A stretch of DNA of 64,000 nt from contig CAVYMD010000002.1 in the NCBI GenBank assembly GCA_963769555.1, positions 20,401 to 84,400 on the forward strand. Direction: 5' to 3'. The stretch comes from an uncultured Solirubrobacteraceae bacterium. Lineage in GTDB: Bacteria; Actinomycetota; Thermoleophilia; Solirubrobacterales; Solirubrobacteraceae. Numbering within the stretch: the first letter of the stretch is position 1; each line of letters begins with the position of its first letter. The translations under genes and the position numbers were made by a program. The notes below the pieces were generated by a model that was not told the origin of the DNA, did not search any database, and saw only the letters and a program-made list of their open reading frames with translations. This document shows positions 1 through 9,600 of the stretch, piece after piece.

Positions 1-11
1 GTTCGGTGACC

Positions 12-428
12 TCATCTCGTCGCGGTCGACCGTGCCCGTTCGGCGAACGAGCGGCGGGATGTGGTCGCGCGAGGCGCACGGGCTTGAGCCACCGAGACGG
101 AACGTGGTGATGGCGCCGGCTGCGGCTCGAGCCACGCCGTGACCGCCTCGGTCGGGATGTGCCAACGCGAGCCCGCGGCGCCTGTTCGGTGACCGACGAG
201 CGCGCCTGAACGAAGCGCGCGATGAACGGTGCGCTTGCTGACGCCTACGAACTCGGCGACCTCGGCGACGCTCAGCCAGCCGTCCGGCTGCGCCGGCGTG
301 GCGGCGGTCCCGGCACGGGCGACGCGCTCGGCTACGAGCTCATCGAGCTTGGCGTCGACCGCCGCGGAGAGGGCGGCGGCCAAGGCCGCGGCGAGCTGGG
401 CTTCGTCGGTACCGGGTGATGCACGCAA
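12..428 (-). CDS. Excisionase-family (HTH_17/MerR-like) DNA-binding protein
   Basis: 138-aa ORF. The segment WLSVAEVAEFVGVSKRTVHRALRSGAL...RWHIPTEAVTAWL fits the excisionase-type helix-turn-helix pattern. It is divergent from hsdM. Confidence 0.6.
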   Translation of the reverse strand: MRASPGTDEAQLAAALAAALSAAVDAKLDELVAERVARAGTAATPAQPDGWLSVAEVAEFVGVSKRTVHRALRSGALVGHRTGAAGSRWHIPTEAVTAWLEPQPAPSPRSVSVAQARAPRATTSRRSFAERARSTATR

Positions 429-565
429 CTTGCCCGGATGTCGCTAATTGCGGCCGAATCACTCCCTGCGACTTCAAGGGCCGCGCGCCGCAGAGGTCGG
501 GCGTTTGCTTCATCGGGAGCCCACACGCGCCACACTCCGTGGCACACCGAGAGGAGTTAGACCCC

Positions 566-2551
566 GTGCCCACCGTGCCGGCGAACCGCCTGAGCGAGAT
601 CCGCAACCACGCACACCTCATCTGGGGGATCGCTGAATTGCTCCGCGGCGACTACAAGCAGGCCGACTACGGCAAGGTCATCCTCCCGCTCGTCGTGATG
701 CGTCGCCTCGACCAGGTCATGGAGCCCACCCGCGACCAGGTCATCGCCCGCGGCAAACAGCTCGAGGCTGCCGGCGTTGAGAACCTCGAGCTGGCGCTGC
801 GTTCGGTCGCCGGCGGCCAACAGTTCTTCAACCGCCACCGCCTGCGCTTCCACCAGCTGCTCGACGATCCGGGCAACATCGCCGACCACCTTCGCTCCTA
901 CATCGACGGCTACTCAGCGCTGGCTCGGCAGGTCGTAGACAAGTTCGAGTTCGACAGCCACATCGACCGGCTGAAGAACTCCAACCTCCTCTACAAGGTC
1001 ATCGCGCGCATCTGCGACGTCGACCTGCATCCCGCCCGGGTCTCGAACGCCGACATGGGGGCCATCTTCGAGGAGCTGATCCGTCGCTTCGCAGAGGCCT
1101 CCAATGAGACGGCCGGCGAACACTTCACCCCGCGCGAGGTCGTGAAGCTCATGGTCAACCTGCTGCTCGACGGCGACGAGCAGGTGTTGCGCGAGCCCGG
1201 AGCGATCCGCACCGTCTTCGACTGCGCCTGCGGCACGGGCGGCATGCTGTCCGAGGCGGAAGACCAGATCCATCGCTACAACAGCCAGGCCGTGGTGCGC
1301 CTCTACGGCCAGGAGCTCAACCCCGAGTCCTACGCCATCTGCCTGGCCGACATGCTGGTCAAGGGTCAGGACGCCACCCACATCGTCTACGGCAACTCGT
1401 TCTCAGAGGACGGCCACACAGGCGAGCGCTTCCACTACTGCATCGCCAACCCGCCGTTCGGCGTGGATTGGACGAAGGTGGAGGAGAAGGTCCGCGCCGA
1501 GCACGAGAACCAGGGCTTCGACGGGCGCTTCGGCCCCGGCCTGCCGCGCAAGTCCGACGGCCAGCTGCTCTTCCTCATGCACCTCGTCAGCAAGATGCGA
1601 TCGCCCGAGGAAGGCGGCGGCCGCATCGCCATCGTCCACAACGGCTCACCGCTGTTCACCGGCGCCGCCGGCTCCGGCGAGTCAAACATCCGCAAATGGC
1701 TCATGGAGAACGACCTGCTCGAAGCGATCATCGCGCTGCCCGAGCAGCTCTTCTACAACACCGGCATAGGCAGCTACGTCTGGCTCCTGTCGAACCGCAA
1801 GAGCCCCGATCGACAAGGCAAGGTCCAGCTGATCGACGTCCGCGGGTCGTGGAGCAAGATGCGCAAGAGCCTGGGCGAAAAGCGGCGCTACCTCGACGAA
1901 GAGCAGGTCGCCGAGGTCACCCGGCTACACGGATCCCTCGTGGAGGGCGACCTGGTCAAAATCCTTCCTGTCGAACAGTTCGGCTACCGGACGATCACCG
2001 TCGACCGGCCGCTGCGCGCACGCTGGGAGATCGGACCGACGACCTGGGATGGCTTGGCCGGCGATAAGGCGCTCGTGAAGCTCGACGAGACCACGCGGGT
2101 GGCGGTCGTTGAAAGCCTTGAGGTGACCGCGCACCGGACCTTCCCGAACGAGACTGGCTGCCGCGAGATTCTCAAGGAGATCGTGACCGCGAGTGGCGTC
2201 GCGAGGCCTGGGGGACCTATCGTGAAGGCGCTCGCGGCGCGCTGCATGGTCCGGGACCCGGAGGTCGCCGCTGTGCGCGACCGCCAAGGACGGACGGTAG
2301 CCGACCCCGAGTTGCGCGATACCGAGAACGTTCCGCTCACCGAGGATGTCGACGAGTACCTGGCCCGCGAGGTGCACCCGCACGTGCCGGACGCCTGGGT
2401 GGCCGACAAGGCAGGCAAGATCGGCTACGAGATCCCGGTCACGCGCCTCTTCTACAAGTACACGCCGCCACGACCGAGCGGCGAGATCAGAGCCGAACTG
2501 CGTGAGCGTGAAGCGCGCATCCGACGGCTACTCGACGAGGTGTTGTTATGA
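566..2551 (+). CDS. hsdM: Type I restriction-modification system, DNA methyltransferase subunit M
   Basis: N6-adenine MTase motifs FDCACGTGGML and NPPFG, with an HsdM-type N-terminus (LIWGIAELLRGDYKQADYGKVILPL). Start moved from 416 to the in-frame GTG at 566, preceded by GAGGAG at 551-556. Confidence 0.9.
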   Translation: MPTVPANRLSEIRNHAHLIWGIAELLRGDYKQADYGKVILPLVVMRRLDQVMEPTRDQVIARGKQLEAAGVENLELALRSVAGGQQFFNRHRLRFHQLLDDPGNIADHLRSYIDGYSALARQVVDKFEFDSHIDRLKNSNLLYKVIARICDVDLHPARVSNADMGAIFEELIRRFAEASNETAGEHFTPREVVKLMVNLLLDGDEQVLREPGAIRTVFDCACGTGGMLSEAEDQIHRYNSQAVVRLYGQELNPESYAICLADMLVKGQDATHIVYGNSFSEDGHTGERFHYCIANPPFGVDWTKVEEKVRAEHENQGFDGRFGPGLPRKSDGQLLFLMHLVSKMRSPEEGGGRIAIVHNGSPLFTGAAGSGESNIRKWLMENDLLEAIIALPEQLFYNTGIGSYVWLLSNRKSPDRQGKVQLIDVRGSWSKMRKSLGEKRRYLDEEQVAEVTRLHGSLVEGDLVKILPVEQFGYRTITVDRPLRARWEIGPTTWDGLAGDKALVKLDETTRVAVVESLEVTAHRTFPNETGCREILKEIVTASGVARPGGPIVKALAARCMVRDPEVAAVRDRQGRTVADPELRDTENVPLTEDVDEYLAREVHPHVPDAWVADKAGKIGYEIPVTRLFYKYTPPRPSGEIRAELREREARIRRLLDEVLL

Positions 2552-3783
2552 GACTTTCGCGCGCTGTTCACCTCGTCAGCGGTTCGGGCTTCCCTCATGA
2601 CGAACAAGGAGGCACGAGCGGTGTGCCGTTCCTCAAGGTCTCTGATCTGGACAGCGTGGGCCCTTACGAAGCCGTCGCCACCGCCGTCAACTACGTGAGC
2701 CGGTCGCAGCTCGCGCGAATGCGGGCGACGGTTGTCCCGCCCGGAACGGTGCTTATGCCAAAGATTGGAGCCGCCATACAGGGCTGCCACCGTCGCGTCC
2801 GACTCGGAGTGTCCGCCGCGTTCGACAACAACGTAGTTGCGCTCGTCCCGCTACACGTCGACTCGCGCTACCTCACATACTGGCTATCGCAGCTGCCCGT
2901 CGAGCCTCTGACGCTCCCCGGGGCTGTCGCCTCGCTCGACATGGCGGCGTTTCGAGCGTTGTCCTTGCCGAACCTGCGGCTTATGACGCAACGCGAAGTG
3001 TCGGAGTTCCTCGACCAGGAGTGCGCACGCATAGACGAACTTCGGTCACTGGTGCAGTTGCAGCGGAACGGCTTGGATGCGCGCCGCGCCGCAGTCGTGC
3101 GCGAGGCTGTCAGCGGTCTCAGAATTGGGCGCTTGAAGTTCGGATTTCGTGTGACCGACTGCAAGCACCGGACGCCCGAGTATTGCCCCACCGGGTTCCC
3201 GGTCGTCAGTACGCGTGAGGTCAAGCGCGGCGCCTTGGATCTGAGCTTGGTGGATCGCTTTGTACACCGTGATGACTACGACGATATGCGCGACGGTGGC
3301 CGGGACCCGCGTGCCGGCGACATCGTCTACAGCCGAAACGCGTCTGTCGGCGTTGCTGCGTATCTCGGTGAGTCAGTCGAGGTGTGCATGGGGCAGGACG
3401 TCGTGCTCATTACCCGCCGACCAGGCGACTGTGAGCTCCTCGCTTACGTGCTGAACTACGCCATCGCGGATCAGGTCGAGCGCCTCAGCCTCGGCTCGAC
3501 CTTCAGCCGCATCAACGTCCCCGTAATCCGATCACTGTTGGTTCCCTATGACTCCCCCGAAGCCGAAGCTGCGCCGTTGGCCCGCATCAGGTCGGCCTTC
3601 GCGAACCTCGCTGGCATCGAGGCGGAGATGGCCTCGACCGACAGTAGCCTCGCGGAATACCGTGATGCTCTGATCACTGAAGCCGTTACCGGCCAGCTAG
3701 ATGCTTCCAAGCTGAGCGAATCTCACCTGGCCGAGAGCCTTGCCGCCGTCCGCGAGGGCGAGTCCCCCGAGGTGCTCGCATGA
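2548..3783 (+). CDS. hsdS: Type I R-M specificity subunit S
   Basis: ATGA start/stop overlap with hsdM. 411 aa with two variable recognition halves separated by helical conserved spacers (LDQECARIDELRSLVQLQRNGLDARR; SLAEYRDALITEAVTGQLD). Confidence 0.85.
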   Translation: MRLSRAVHLVSGSGFPHDEQGGTSGVPFLKVSDLDSVGPYEAVATAVNYVSRSQLARMRATVVPPGTVLMPKIGAAIQGCHRRVRLGVSAAFDNNVVALVPLHVDSRYLTYWLSQLPVEPLTLPGAVASLDMAAFRALSLPNLRLMTQREVSEFLDQECARIDELRSLVQLQRNGLDARRAAVVREAVSGLRIGRLKFGFRVTDCKHRTPEYCPTGFPVVSTREVKRGALDLSLVDRFVHRDDYDDMRDGGRDPRAGDIVYSRNASVGVAAYLGESVEVCMGQDVVLITRRPGDCELLAYVLNYAIADQVERLSLGSTFSRINVPVIRSLLVPYDSPEAEAAPLARIRSAFANLAGIEAEMASTDSSLAEYRDALITEAVTGQLDASKLSESHLAESLAAVREGESPEVLA

Positions 3784-6700
3784 TGCCGTCGGCCATCCCG
3801 CACACCGAACTGGCCTTCGAGCAGCTCATTGTCGCCGAGATGACCGGCGCCGGCGGGTGGGAGGCTGGCGACCCCGGAGGCTACGACGCGGAGCTCGGCC
3901 TGTATCCGAACGACACGATCGCCTGCGTGATCGAGACCCAGGCAAAGAAGTGGGATCGCCTCGTGAAGCTGTGTGGCGGCGACGCCGCCGCCCGCGGCGC
4001 TCTGCTCAAGCGCCTCGCCGCCCAGCTCGACCGCCACGGCTCGGTGCACGCGCTGCGCAACGGCTTCTCAGAGCGTGGGGTCGCCTTCTCGATGTGTCAG
4101 CTGCGGCCGGCCCACTCGATCGATCCCGACACCGAGGCACGCTACGGGGCCAACCGCCTACGGATCGTGCGGCAGGTGCGGTTTGATCCGAAGTCGGGCA
4201 ACTCAGTGGACTTGGTGCTGTTCGCCAACGGGATCCCCACGGCGACCGCAGAGCTGAAGAACCGCTGGACCGGCCAGACCGTCGACCACGCCCGCGCGCA
4301 GTACAAGAACGATCGCGACCCGCGGAACGTCCTGTTCGGCCGCCGCGCCTTCGTGCATTTCGCCGCTGACGCCGAGCTCGCGTACATGACGACACGCCTG
4401 GACGGGCCAAACACCGTGTTCCTGCCGTTCAACCAGGGATCGGGCGGCGCCGGTCGGCCCGGTGGCGCCGGCAATCCGGGCATCGACGACGGCCACCCGA
4501 CGTCCTACCTGTGGCGTCAGGTTTGGGATCGCGACCGCTGGCTGGAGCTGATCCAGAAGTTCGTCCACGTCGAGCCCGCCGACCCAGCGGTCAGGGGCAG
4601 CCGTTCGACGATCGTCTTCCCGCGCTTTCATCAGTGGGACGTCGTCGCGGAATGTCAGGCCCACGCGCGCGTGCACGGCGCCGGGCACAACTACCTCATC
4701 CAGCACTCGGCCGGCTCGGGCAAGACCAAGGAGATCGCCTGGCTGGCCCACGACCTCTCGACGCTGCATCAGGACGACGACACGAAGGTCTTCGACAAGG
4801 TCATCGTCATCACCGACCGTCGCGTGCTCGACCGCCAGCTCCGCGAGCAGATCGCCCAGTTCGAGCAGGTCAGCGGCGTCGTGCGCTCTGTAACCAAGGG
4901 GTCGGCTGAGCTGCGCGAGGCCCTGCTCTCGGAGCAGGCCAAGATCATCACGACGACGCTGCAGAAGTTCCCGTTCGTCCTGCGCGCGCTGGATGACGAA
5001 GATCTGGGCGGTAAGACGTACGCGGTCATCGTCGACGAGGCGCACTCCTCGCAGTCCGGCGAGTCGGCCACCGACCTCAAGGAGCTGCTCGGGTCGCTGA
5101 CCGCCGAGGACCTCGACCTCGACGAGGACGACGGCACGCCGCCCCTGTTGCTGGCGCGCCTGGCCGCACGCGGAGCGCAACCTAACCTGTCCTTCTACGC
5201 CTTCACCGCGACGCCGAAGGGCAAGACGCTTGAGCTGTTCGGCAGTCGCGGCCCGGACGACCGGCTGCGCGCCTTCCACACCTACTCGATGCGCCAAGCG
5301 ATCGAGGAGGGCTTCATCATCGACGTGCTGACCAACCACACGACCTACGACCAGCTCTTCCGGCTCGAGACCGCCGCCGAAGGGACGATCGAGGTTCCCT
5401 CGGGCGAGGCCTCGCGGCGCCTTGCGCGCTTCACCGAGCTGCATCCCTACGTCAAGACCCAGAAGGCGGCCGTCGTCGTCGAGCACTTCAAGTCCGTCGT
5501 GCGGCCGCTGCTCGGCGGCGAGGCCAAGGCGATGGTCGTCTGCGAGAGCCGCGAGGAAGCGGTGCAGTGGAAACGCGCCCTGGACCGCGAGATCGAGAAG
5601 CACGGCCACGAGGACGTCAAGACGCTCGTTGCGTTCTCCGGAGAGGTGACGGTCAGGAGCCCGGAGGCGGACAACAAGGGCATGTCCTACACCGAGCCGG
5701 AGATGAACACGATCGCCGGCAGGCCGCTGCCCGAGTCCAAACTGCCCAAGGAGTTCGACAAGCCCGGCTACGGCGTCCTGATCGTCGCCGAGAAGTACCA
5801 GACGGGTTTCGATCAGCCGAAGCTGTGCGGCATGTACGTCGACAAGAAGCTTGTCGGCGTCAACGCCGTGCAGACCCTGTCGCGGCTCAACCGCTCCCAC
5901 CTCGGGAAGGACAGGGTCTACGTCCTGGACTTCCGCAACACCGGCGAAGAGATCCGCAAGGCGTTCGAGCCCTACTACGGGCAGACCGAAGCGACCCCGT
6001 CAGATCCGAACGTCCTCTTCGACGCCGCCGACGCGGTCCGTGTGCTCGACGTCATCACCGACCGGGAGCTGGCGCAGTTCACGCAGGCGTGGGCGGCGCT
6101 GCACGAGGTTCACGAGGACAAGCGCCACGCCGTGCTTTCCACCTCGACCCAGAGCGCCTACGACAGCGCCCGCGCGCTCGATGGCGACACCCTGCAGGAG
6201 CTGCGCGACGCGCTGAACCGGTTCACCCGCTTCTACGGCTTCCTCTCGCAGGCGCTGCCGTACATCCCGCCCGACACCGAGGTGCTCTACCAGTTCGGCA
6301 AGGTCTTGCTGCGACGCCTGCAGAGCGACGAGCCGCAGGGCGGCGTCGATCTCGCGGGCCAGATCGTGCTGACGCACTACCGCATCGCCGAGGCTGACGC
6401 GGAATCGATCACGCTCGGCGACGACGATGTGCAGCCCCTGACGGCGATCACGGGCGACGGCACCGGCGGCGGCGCGGGCGAGATCCCGATGTCTCTCCTC
6501 GGCGAGCTCGTCGAGCTGTTCAACGAGCGCTACGGCGCGGAGCTCGGGGAGGTCGACGCGCTGAAGGTCATGACCGACGTACGCGACAGCGTCCGCGACG
6601 AGAACCCCGACCTCGCCGACCAGGCCGAAGCCAACTCCCGCGATGACTTCGTGCGCGAACGCGACAACCTTCTGATTGGTGCCGCACTCGCCGTCGGCGG

Positions 6701-6845
6701 CGATCGCGAGCGCCAGGCGACGCTGCTGAAGGCGCTCCTCGACGACGAAGACTTCCGCGTTCGAGCTGGGGAGCTGATCTTCGGTGCGATCTATGACGGA
6801 TACCGGAGCCCGCCGGAGGCGAGCACAAGACCCGGCTCTCAGTGA
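3780..6845 (+). CDS. hsdR: Type I R-M restriction endonuclease/helicase subunit R
   Basis: ATGA overlap with hsdS. Walker A QHSAGSGKT and DEAH box VIVDEAHSSQ. 1021 aa, typical HsdR length. Confidence 0.9.
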   Translation: MMPSAIPHTELAFEQLIVAEMTGAGGWEAGDPGGYDAELGLYPNDTIACVIETQAKKWDRLVKLCGGDAAARGALLKRLAAQLDRHGSVHALRNGFSERGVAFSMCQLRPAHSIDPDTEARYGANRLRIVRQVRFDPKSGNSVDLVLFANGIPTATAELKNRWTGQTVDHARAQYKNDRDPRNVLFGRRAFVHFAADAELAYMTTRLDGPNTVFLPFNQGSGGAGRPGGAGNPGIDDGHPTSYLWRQVWDRDRWLELIQKFVHVEPADPAVRGSRSTIVFPRFHQWDVVAECQAHARVHGAGHNYLIQHSAGSGKTKEIAWLAHDLSTLHQDDDTKVFDKVIVITDRRVLDRQLREQIAQFEQVSGVVRSVTKGSAELREALLSEQAKIITTTLQKFPFVLRALDDEDLGGKTYAVIVDEAHSSQSGESATDLKELLGSLTAEDLDLDEDDGTPPLLLARLAARGAQPNLSFYAFTATPKGKTLELFGSRGPDDRLRAFHTYSMRQAIEEGFIIDVLTNHTTYDQLFRLETAAEGTIEVPSGEASRRLARFTELHPYVKTQKAAVVVEHFKSVVRPLLGGEAKAMVVCESREEAVQWKRALDREIEKHGHEDVKTLVAFSGEVTVRSPEADNKGMSYTEPEMNTIAGRPLPESKLPKEFDKPGYGVLIVAEKYQTGFDQPKLCGMYVDKKLVGVNAVQTLSRLNRSHLGKDRVYVLDFRNTGEEIRKAFEPYYGQTEATPSDPNVLFDAADAVRVLDVITDRELAQFTQAWAALHEVHEDKRHAVLSTSTQSAYDSARALDGDTLQELRDALNRFTRFYGFLSQALPYIPPDTEVLYQFGKVLLRRLQSDEPQGGVDLAGQIVLTHYRIAEADAESITLGDDDVQPLTAITGDGTGGGAGEIPMSLLGELVELFNERYGAELGEVDALKVMTDVRDSVRDENPDLADQAEANSRDDFVRERDNLLIGAALAVGGDRERQATLLKALLDDEDFRVRAGELIFGAIYDGYRSPPEASTRPGSQ

Positions 6846-7678
6846 GCGTCTTCGAGCAAACCATCGCGCATCTCGAGAACGCGCTCCAAGTCGGTCACGT
6901 GGCAACAACCCCACTCGAAGTAGCGCACCCGAATCAGACGATCGGCGTCGTCCGAGCATGGGCGGCGGCAGCGAAGATCAACAACGTCCCGGTTCAGCAC
7001 GATGGCCGCATCATCGCCGTCGTCGAGAACGTAAACGGAGACTTAGCGCCATCGCGTGACGGGATCCCACCGCAGGCACCGCCAGAAGGGCAACTGGTCA
7101 AGTCTGTGGCGCGGCCGCTCTCGGGAGACATGCTGATTGAGGCGCGCATGCCATTGGGCGAGCTCATCGACGAGCTTGTCAAGCCACCCCACTACCGCTT
7201 AGTCGTGAACGCCGGCAGGATGGACTCCATCGTGACTCCATCGGATCTCGGGAAGTTGCCGATGCGTGTGCTCGCGTACACGGCCGTCGCCCATCTAGAG
7301 GCGACCATGATCCAAGCGATACGGAGGATCCATCCAACTGACGAGGACGCCGTCGCACGACTGAACGAAGGCGCCCAAGCGCAGGTTCTCGGGGACCTGG
7401 ATCGCATGCACGCGAAAAAGCTCGACCCCGCTCTGCTAGAGGTCACGAACCTTCAACAGAAGGGACTGATCCTCTGCGCTGCCGGCATCTATCGAGGCGA
7501 CCCAGCAGCGGTCGCCGATGAGTTCCTTGATCTCTACGAGAAGCTACGGAACCCCTTGATGCACGCAGCCTCTTTCGTAGACGATTCACTCGAGGCGCTG
7601 GCGCGGTTGAAGCGTCAGCTCGAGGTCATTCGACAGCGAACTGTCCAAGCCACGACTGCATGCAGATTAAGCGACTGA
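6842..7678 (+). CDS. CBS-pair protein with C-terminal HEPN-like (R-x4-H) domain, fourth gene of the R-M operon
   Basis: GTGA overlap with the hsdR stop. Two CBS-like units (VGHVATTPLEVAHPNQTIGV...DGRIIAVVEN and ARPLSGDMLIEARMPLGELID...MDSIVTPSDL), followed by a helical C-terminus containing RNPLMH (nt 7547-7564). Confidence 0.6.
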   Translation: MSVFEQTIAHLENALQVGHVATTPLEVAHPNQTIGVVRAWAAAAKINNVPVQHDGRIIAVVENVNGDLAPSRDGIPPQAPPEGQLVKSVARPLSGDMLIEARMPLGELIDELVKPPHYRLVVNAGRMDSIVTPSDLGKLPMRVLAYTAVAHLEATMIQAIRRIHPTDEDAVARLNEGAQAQVLGDLDRMHAKKLDPALLEVTNLQQKGLILCAAGIYRGDPAAVADEFLDLYEKLRNPLMHAASFVDDSLEALARLKRQLEVIRQRTVQATTACRLSD

Positions 7679-7684
7679 CTGTCA

Positions 7685-8357
7685 TCAGACAAGCTGGACC
7701 GATCTGCGCCGCCGAAGAACGACTGGTCGACGAGGTCGCCACGTGGCGCGGCGCGGGGCTTCAGCAGATCGACGGTCACCGTGCGGCGGCGTCGCGCAGG
7801 CTGTTGACAGCTGTCGACCAGCGCGGCTTCGGCCAGGCGCCGGATGTGTGGTAGCAACGTGGTGTCGATCCCGAGCGGATCCGCGGCGTTGTTCGTTCGC
7901 TGGATCGTCGGCGAACACACCGACGCGTTGAGGATCCTGGGGGAGCACGATCCGGGGCCCACTGACCGGTGATCGCTGGTGGATCTGTAGCCGGACGAGG
8001 GAGGGGCGGACTACCTCAAGTCCGCCGATGCGCTGGAGCCGTACGCGACAGGAGCATGGCCGCGTGCTCATCCGGCGTGGGCAGTCGGTCGACCTCGCCG
8101 CGGATGCCGTTCCCGACGCGCGGTTCGCCTGCGATGCTGGCCTGTTCGGTCGTGTAGGCGAGCGCGCGCATGCCGGTGGCGAGCTGCGCGCGGTTCGGCG
8201 GCACGGGCCGGGCAGGCGGGCCACCAGCTTCGCAACCGGCCAGTCTCGAGGGCGTGTGCTGCTGGCGGCCCGCCGCCGTCTCGGGACGTTCGGGCAAGGC
8301 CCGAGCGCGACACATCCCGTCGCACGACAAGATCTCCACCTGCCGGGTGCTCGGCAT
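7685..8357 (-). pseudogene. Decayed coding remnant, possibly a tyrosine-recombinase fragment
   Basis: Three overlapping minus-strand frames (8016-8357, 7685-8224, 7615-7962) each show coding-like GC3 for only about 60-110 codons. Fragments QLATGMRA and GEPRVG..VDRLPTP weakly resemble integrase catalytic-domain blocks. Confidence 0.25.
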
Positions 8358-8373
8358 CGAGGGCGCGCTCGTA

Positions 8374-9546
8374 CTAGGTGCTCAGAAGGTCAACGACAGC
8401 CGTTGCAACGAAAACAACGCGCCCGTTACGCGAACGCTCCGTCACGATGTTCAGCTCCGCGAGGCGCCGAAGAGCCTTCATCGCGCCCTGGGCACTTATC
8501 TGGTGGCGCGTCGCCACCTGGCTAGCCCGCAGGACCGGGGCACCGATCAGCTCGCCGGCCAGTCGCTCAGCGACGCCCGACACGCCGGAGTCGCGCACTC
8601 GCCGGAGCGTCCCATCTTGCCATTGAAGAAGCTGGTCTATGCGCTCGCGTGTCCCGTTAGCGGACGCCTCGACGCCTCGCGCGAAGAAGGACACCCATGC
8701 ATCCCACTCACCCGTCGTGCTGAGACGCAGTAGCCCGTCTTGGTAATCGTCGCGGCGCGCCTCAAACCATGGAGACACAACGAGCAATGGCTCGCCTAGC
8801 ACCTTCTGACGCATCAGCTGAAGCGCGATGACGAGTCGACCGATGCGGCCGTTCCCGTCTGAGAACGGGTGGAGCGTCTCGAACTGGTAATGCGCTAGCG
8901 CGGCCTGCACGACTGCTGGCAGGTCCTCCGGAGGGTTGTTGATCCAATCGACCCACTGGCGGAAGCCAGCGTCAAGCTGGTCGCCGGGCGGCGGCGGGAC
9001 GAAGCGAGCTTCGCTGATCGCGCTGTTGCGCGCTCCGATCAGCACCTGCCGGTCGCGCACGGTCCCGGCGTCCGTGTAGTCGCCGGGCGTCCCTTGTACG
9101 AGGACCCGCTGCAGGTTCGCAAGCAGCCCCGTGGTCAGCGGGCGCTCGTGAACCCAGGCGAATCCCTCCTCAGCCGCGACCACGTAGTTGAGAATCTCGC
9201 GAACCTCCATCGAAGCGTGCTGCCTATTTTCCAGCTCCGATGCGAGCACATCTTCGATCGGGGCGAACGTGCCTTCTAGAGCGCTGGTGCTCTGCGCTTC
9301 GCGACGTAGCGAGGGCTGTCGGAGGAGCGCCGGATGCGGCATTTGTCGGCCGGCTTGGTCTAGCCGGGCTAGCGCAGCCTCGGCTCTCGTGACTGCGGTC
9401 CATGTCCTGGAGGCCAGAGCAACCTGGTTGGGGAGGGGGTCGGGAAGGTAGGCGTAGTAGTCATAATGGCCGCCGTTGCGCTGATCATTCCCAGTGATCG
9501 GTACCAACGCTCCGATGGGGCTTTGGCGCAAAGCGTCCAGATCCAT
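8374..9546 (-). CDS. Fic family protein (AMPylase-type) with intramolecular inhibitory helix
   Basis: Canonical Fic motif HPFSDGNGRIGR. TSALEG, matching (S/T)xxxE(G/N), lies N-terminal to it. Start set at MDLDALRQSP (9546) rather than the ORF-track start 9723; 9567 is an alternative. Confidence 0.9.
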   Translation of the reverse strand: MDLDALRQSPIGALVPITGNDQRNGGHYDYYAYLPDPLPNQVALASRTWTAVTRAEAALARLDQAGRQMPHPALLRQPSLRREAQSTSALEGTFAPIEDVLASELENRQHASMEVREILNYVVAAEEGFAWVHERPLTTGLLANLQRVLVQGTPGDYTDAGTVRDRQVLIGARNSAISEARFVPPPPGDQLDAGFRQWVDWINNPPEDLPAVVQAALAHYQFETLHPFSDGNGRIGRLVIALQLMRQKVLGEPLLVVSPWFEARRDDYQDGLLRLSTTGEWDAWVSFFARGVEASANGTRERIDQLLQWQDGTLRRVRDSGVSGVAERLAGELIGAPVLRASQVATRHQISAQGAMKALRRLAELNIVTERSRNGRVVFVATAVVDLLST

Positions 9547-9600
9547 GGTGCCAACTGTAGCGGTCATTTGGTTGTAATGACAGCGCAGGCCACAACTGTA

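Noticed and set aside
416-565. N-terminal 50-aa extension of hsdM, overlapping the divergent xis-like gene start
   Set aside because: The extension (MMHATCPDVANCGRITPCDF...) is not HsdM-like. A GAGGAG-GTG start at 566 gives a canonical N-terminus.
4203-5900. 565-aa minus-strand ORF inside hsdR, plus similar long antisense or off-frame ORFs at 12342-13904, 13597-14913, 16719-18542, 19473-22619, 22427-23968, 23175-25313, 26304-28454, 29982-31877, 32100-33362, 36840-38159, 41210-42925 and 45959-47584
   Set aside because: Each is antisense or out of frame to a motif-supported gene, and each translates to low-complexity Arg/Gly/Ala/Asp-rich sequence.
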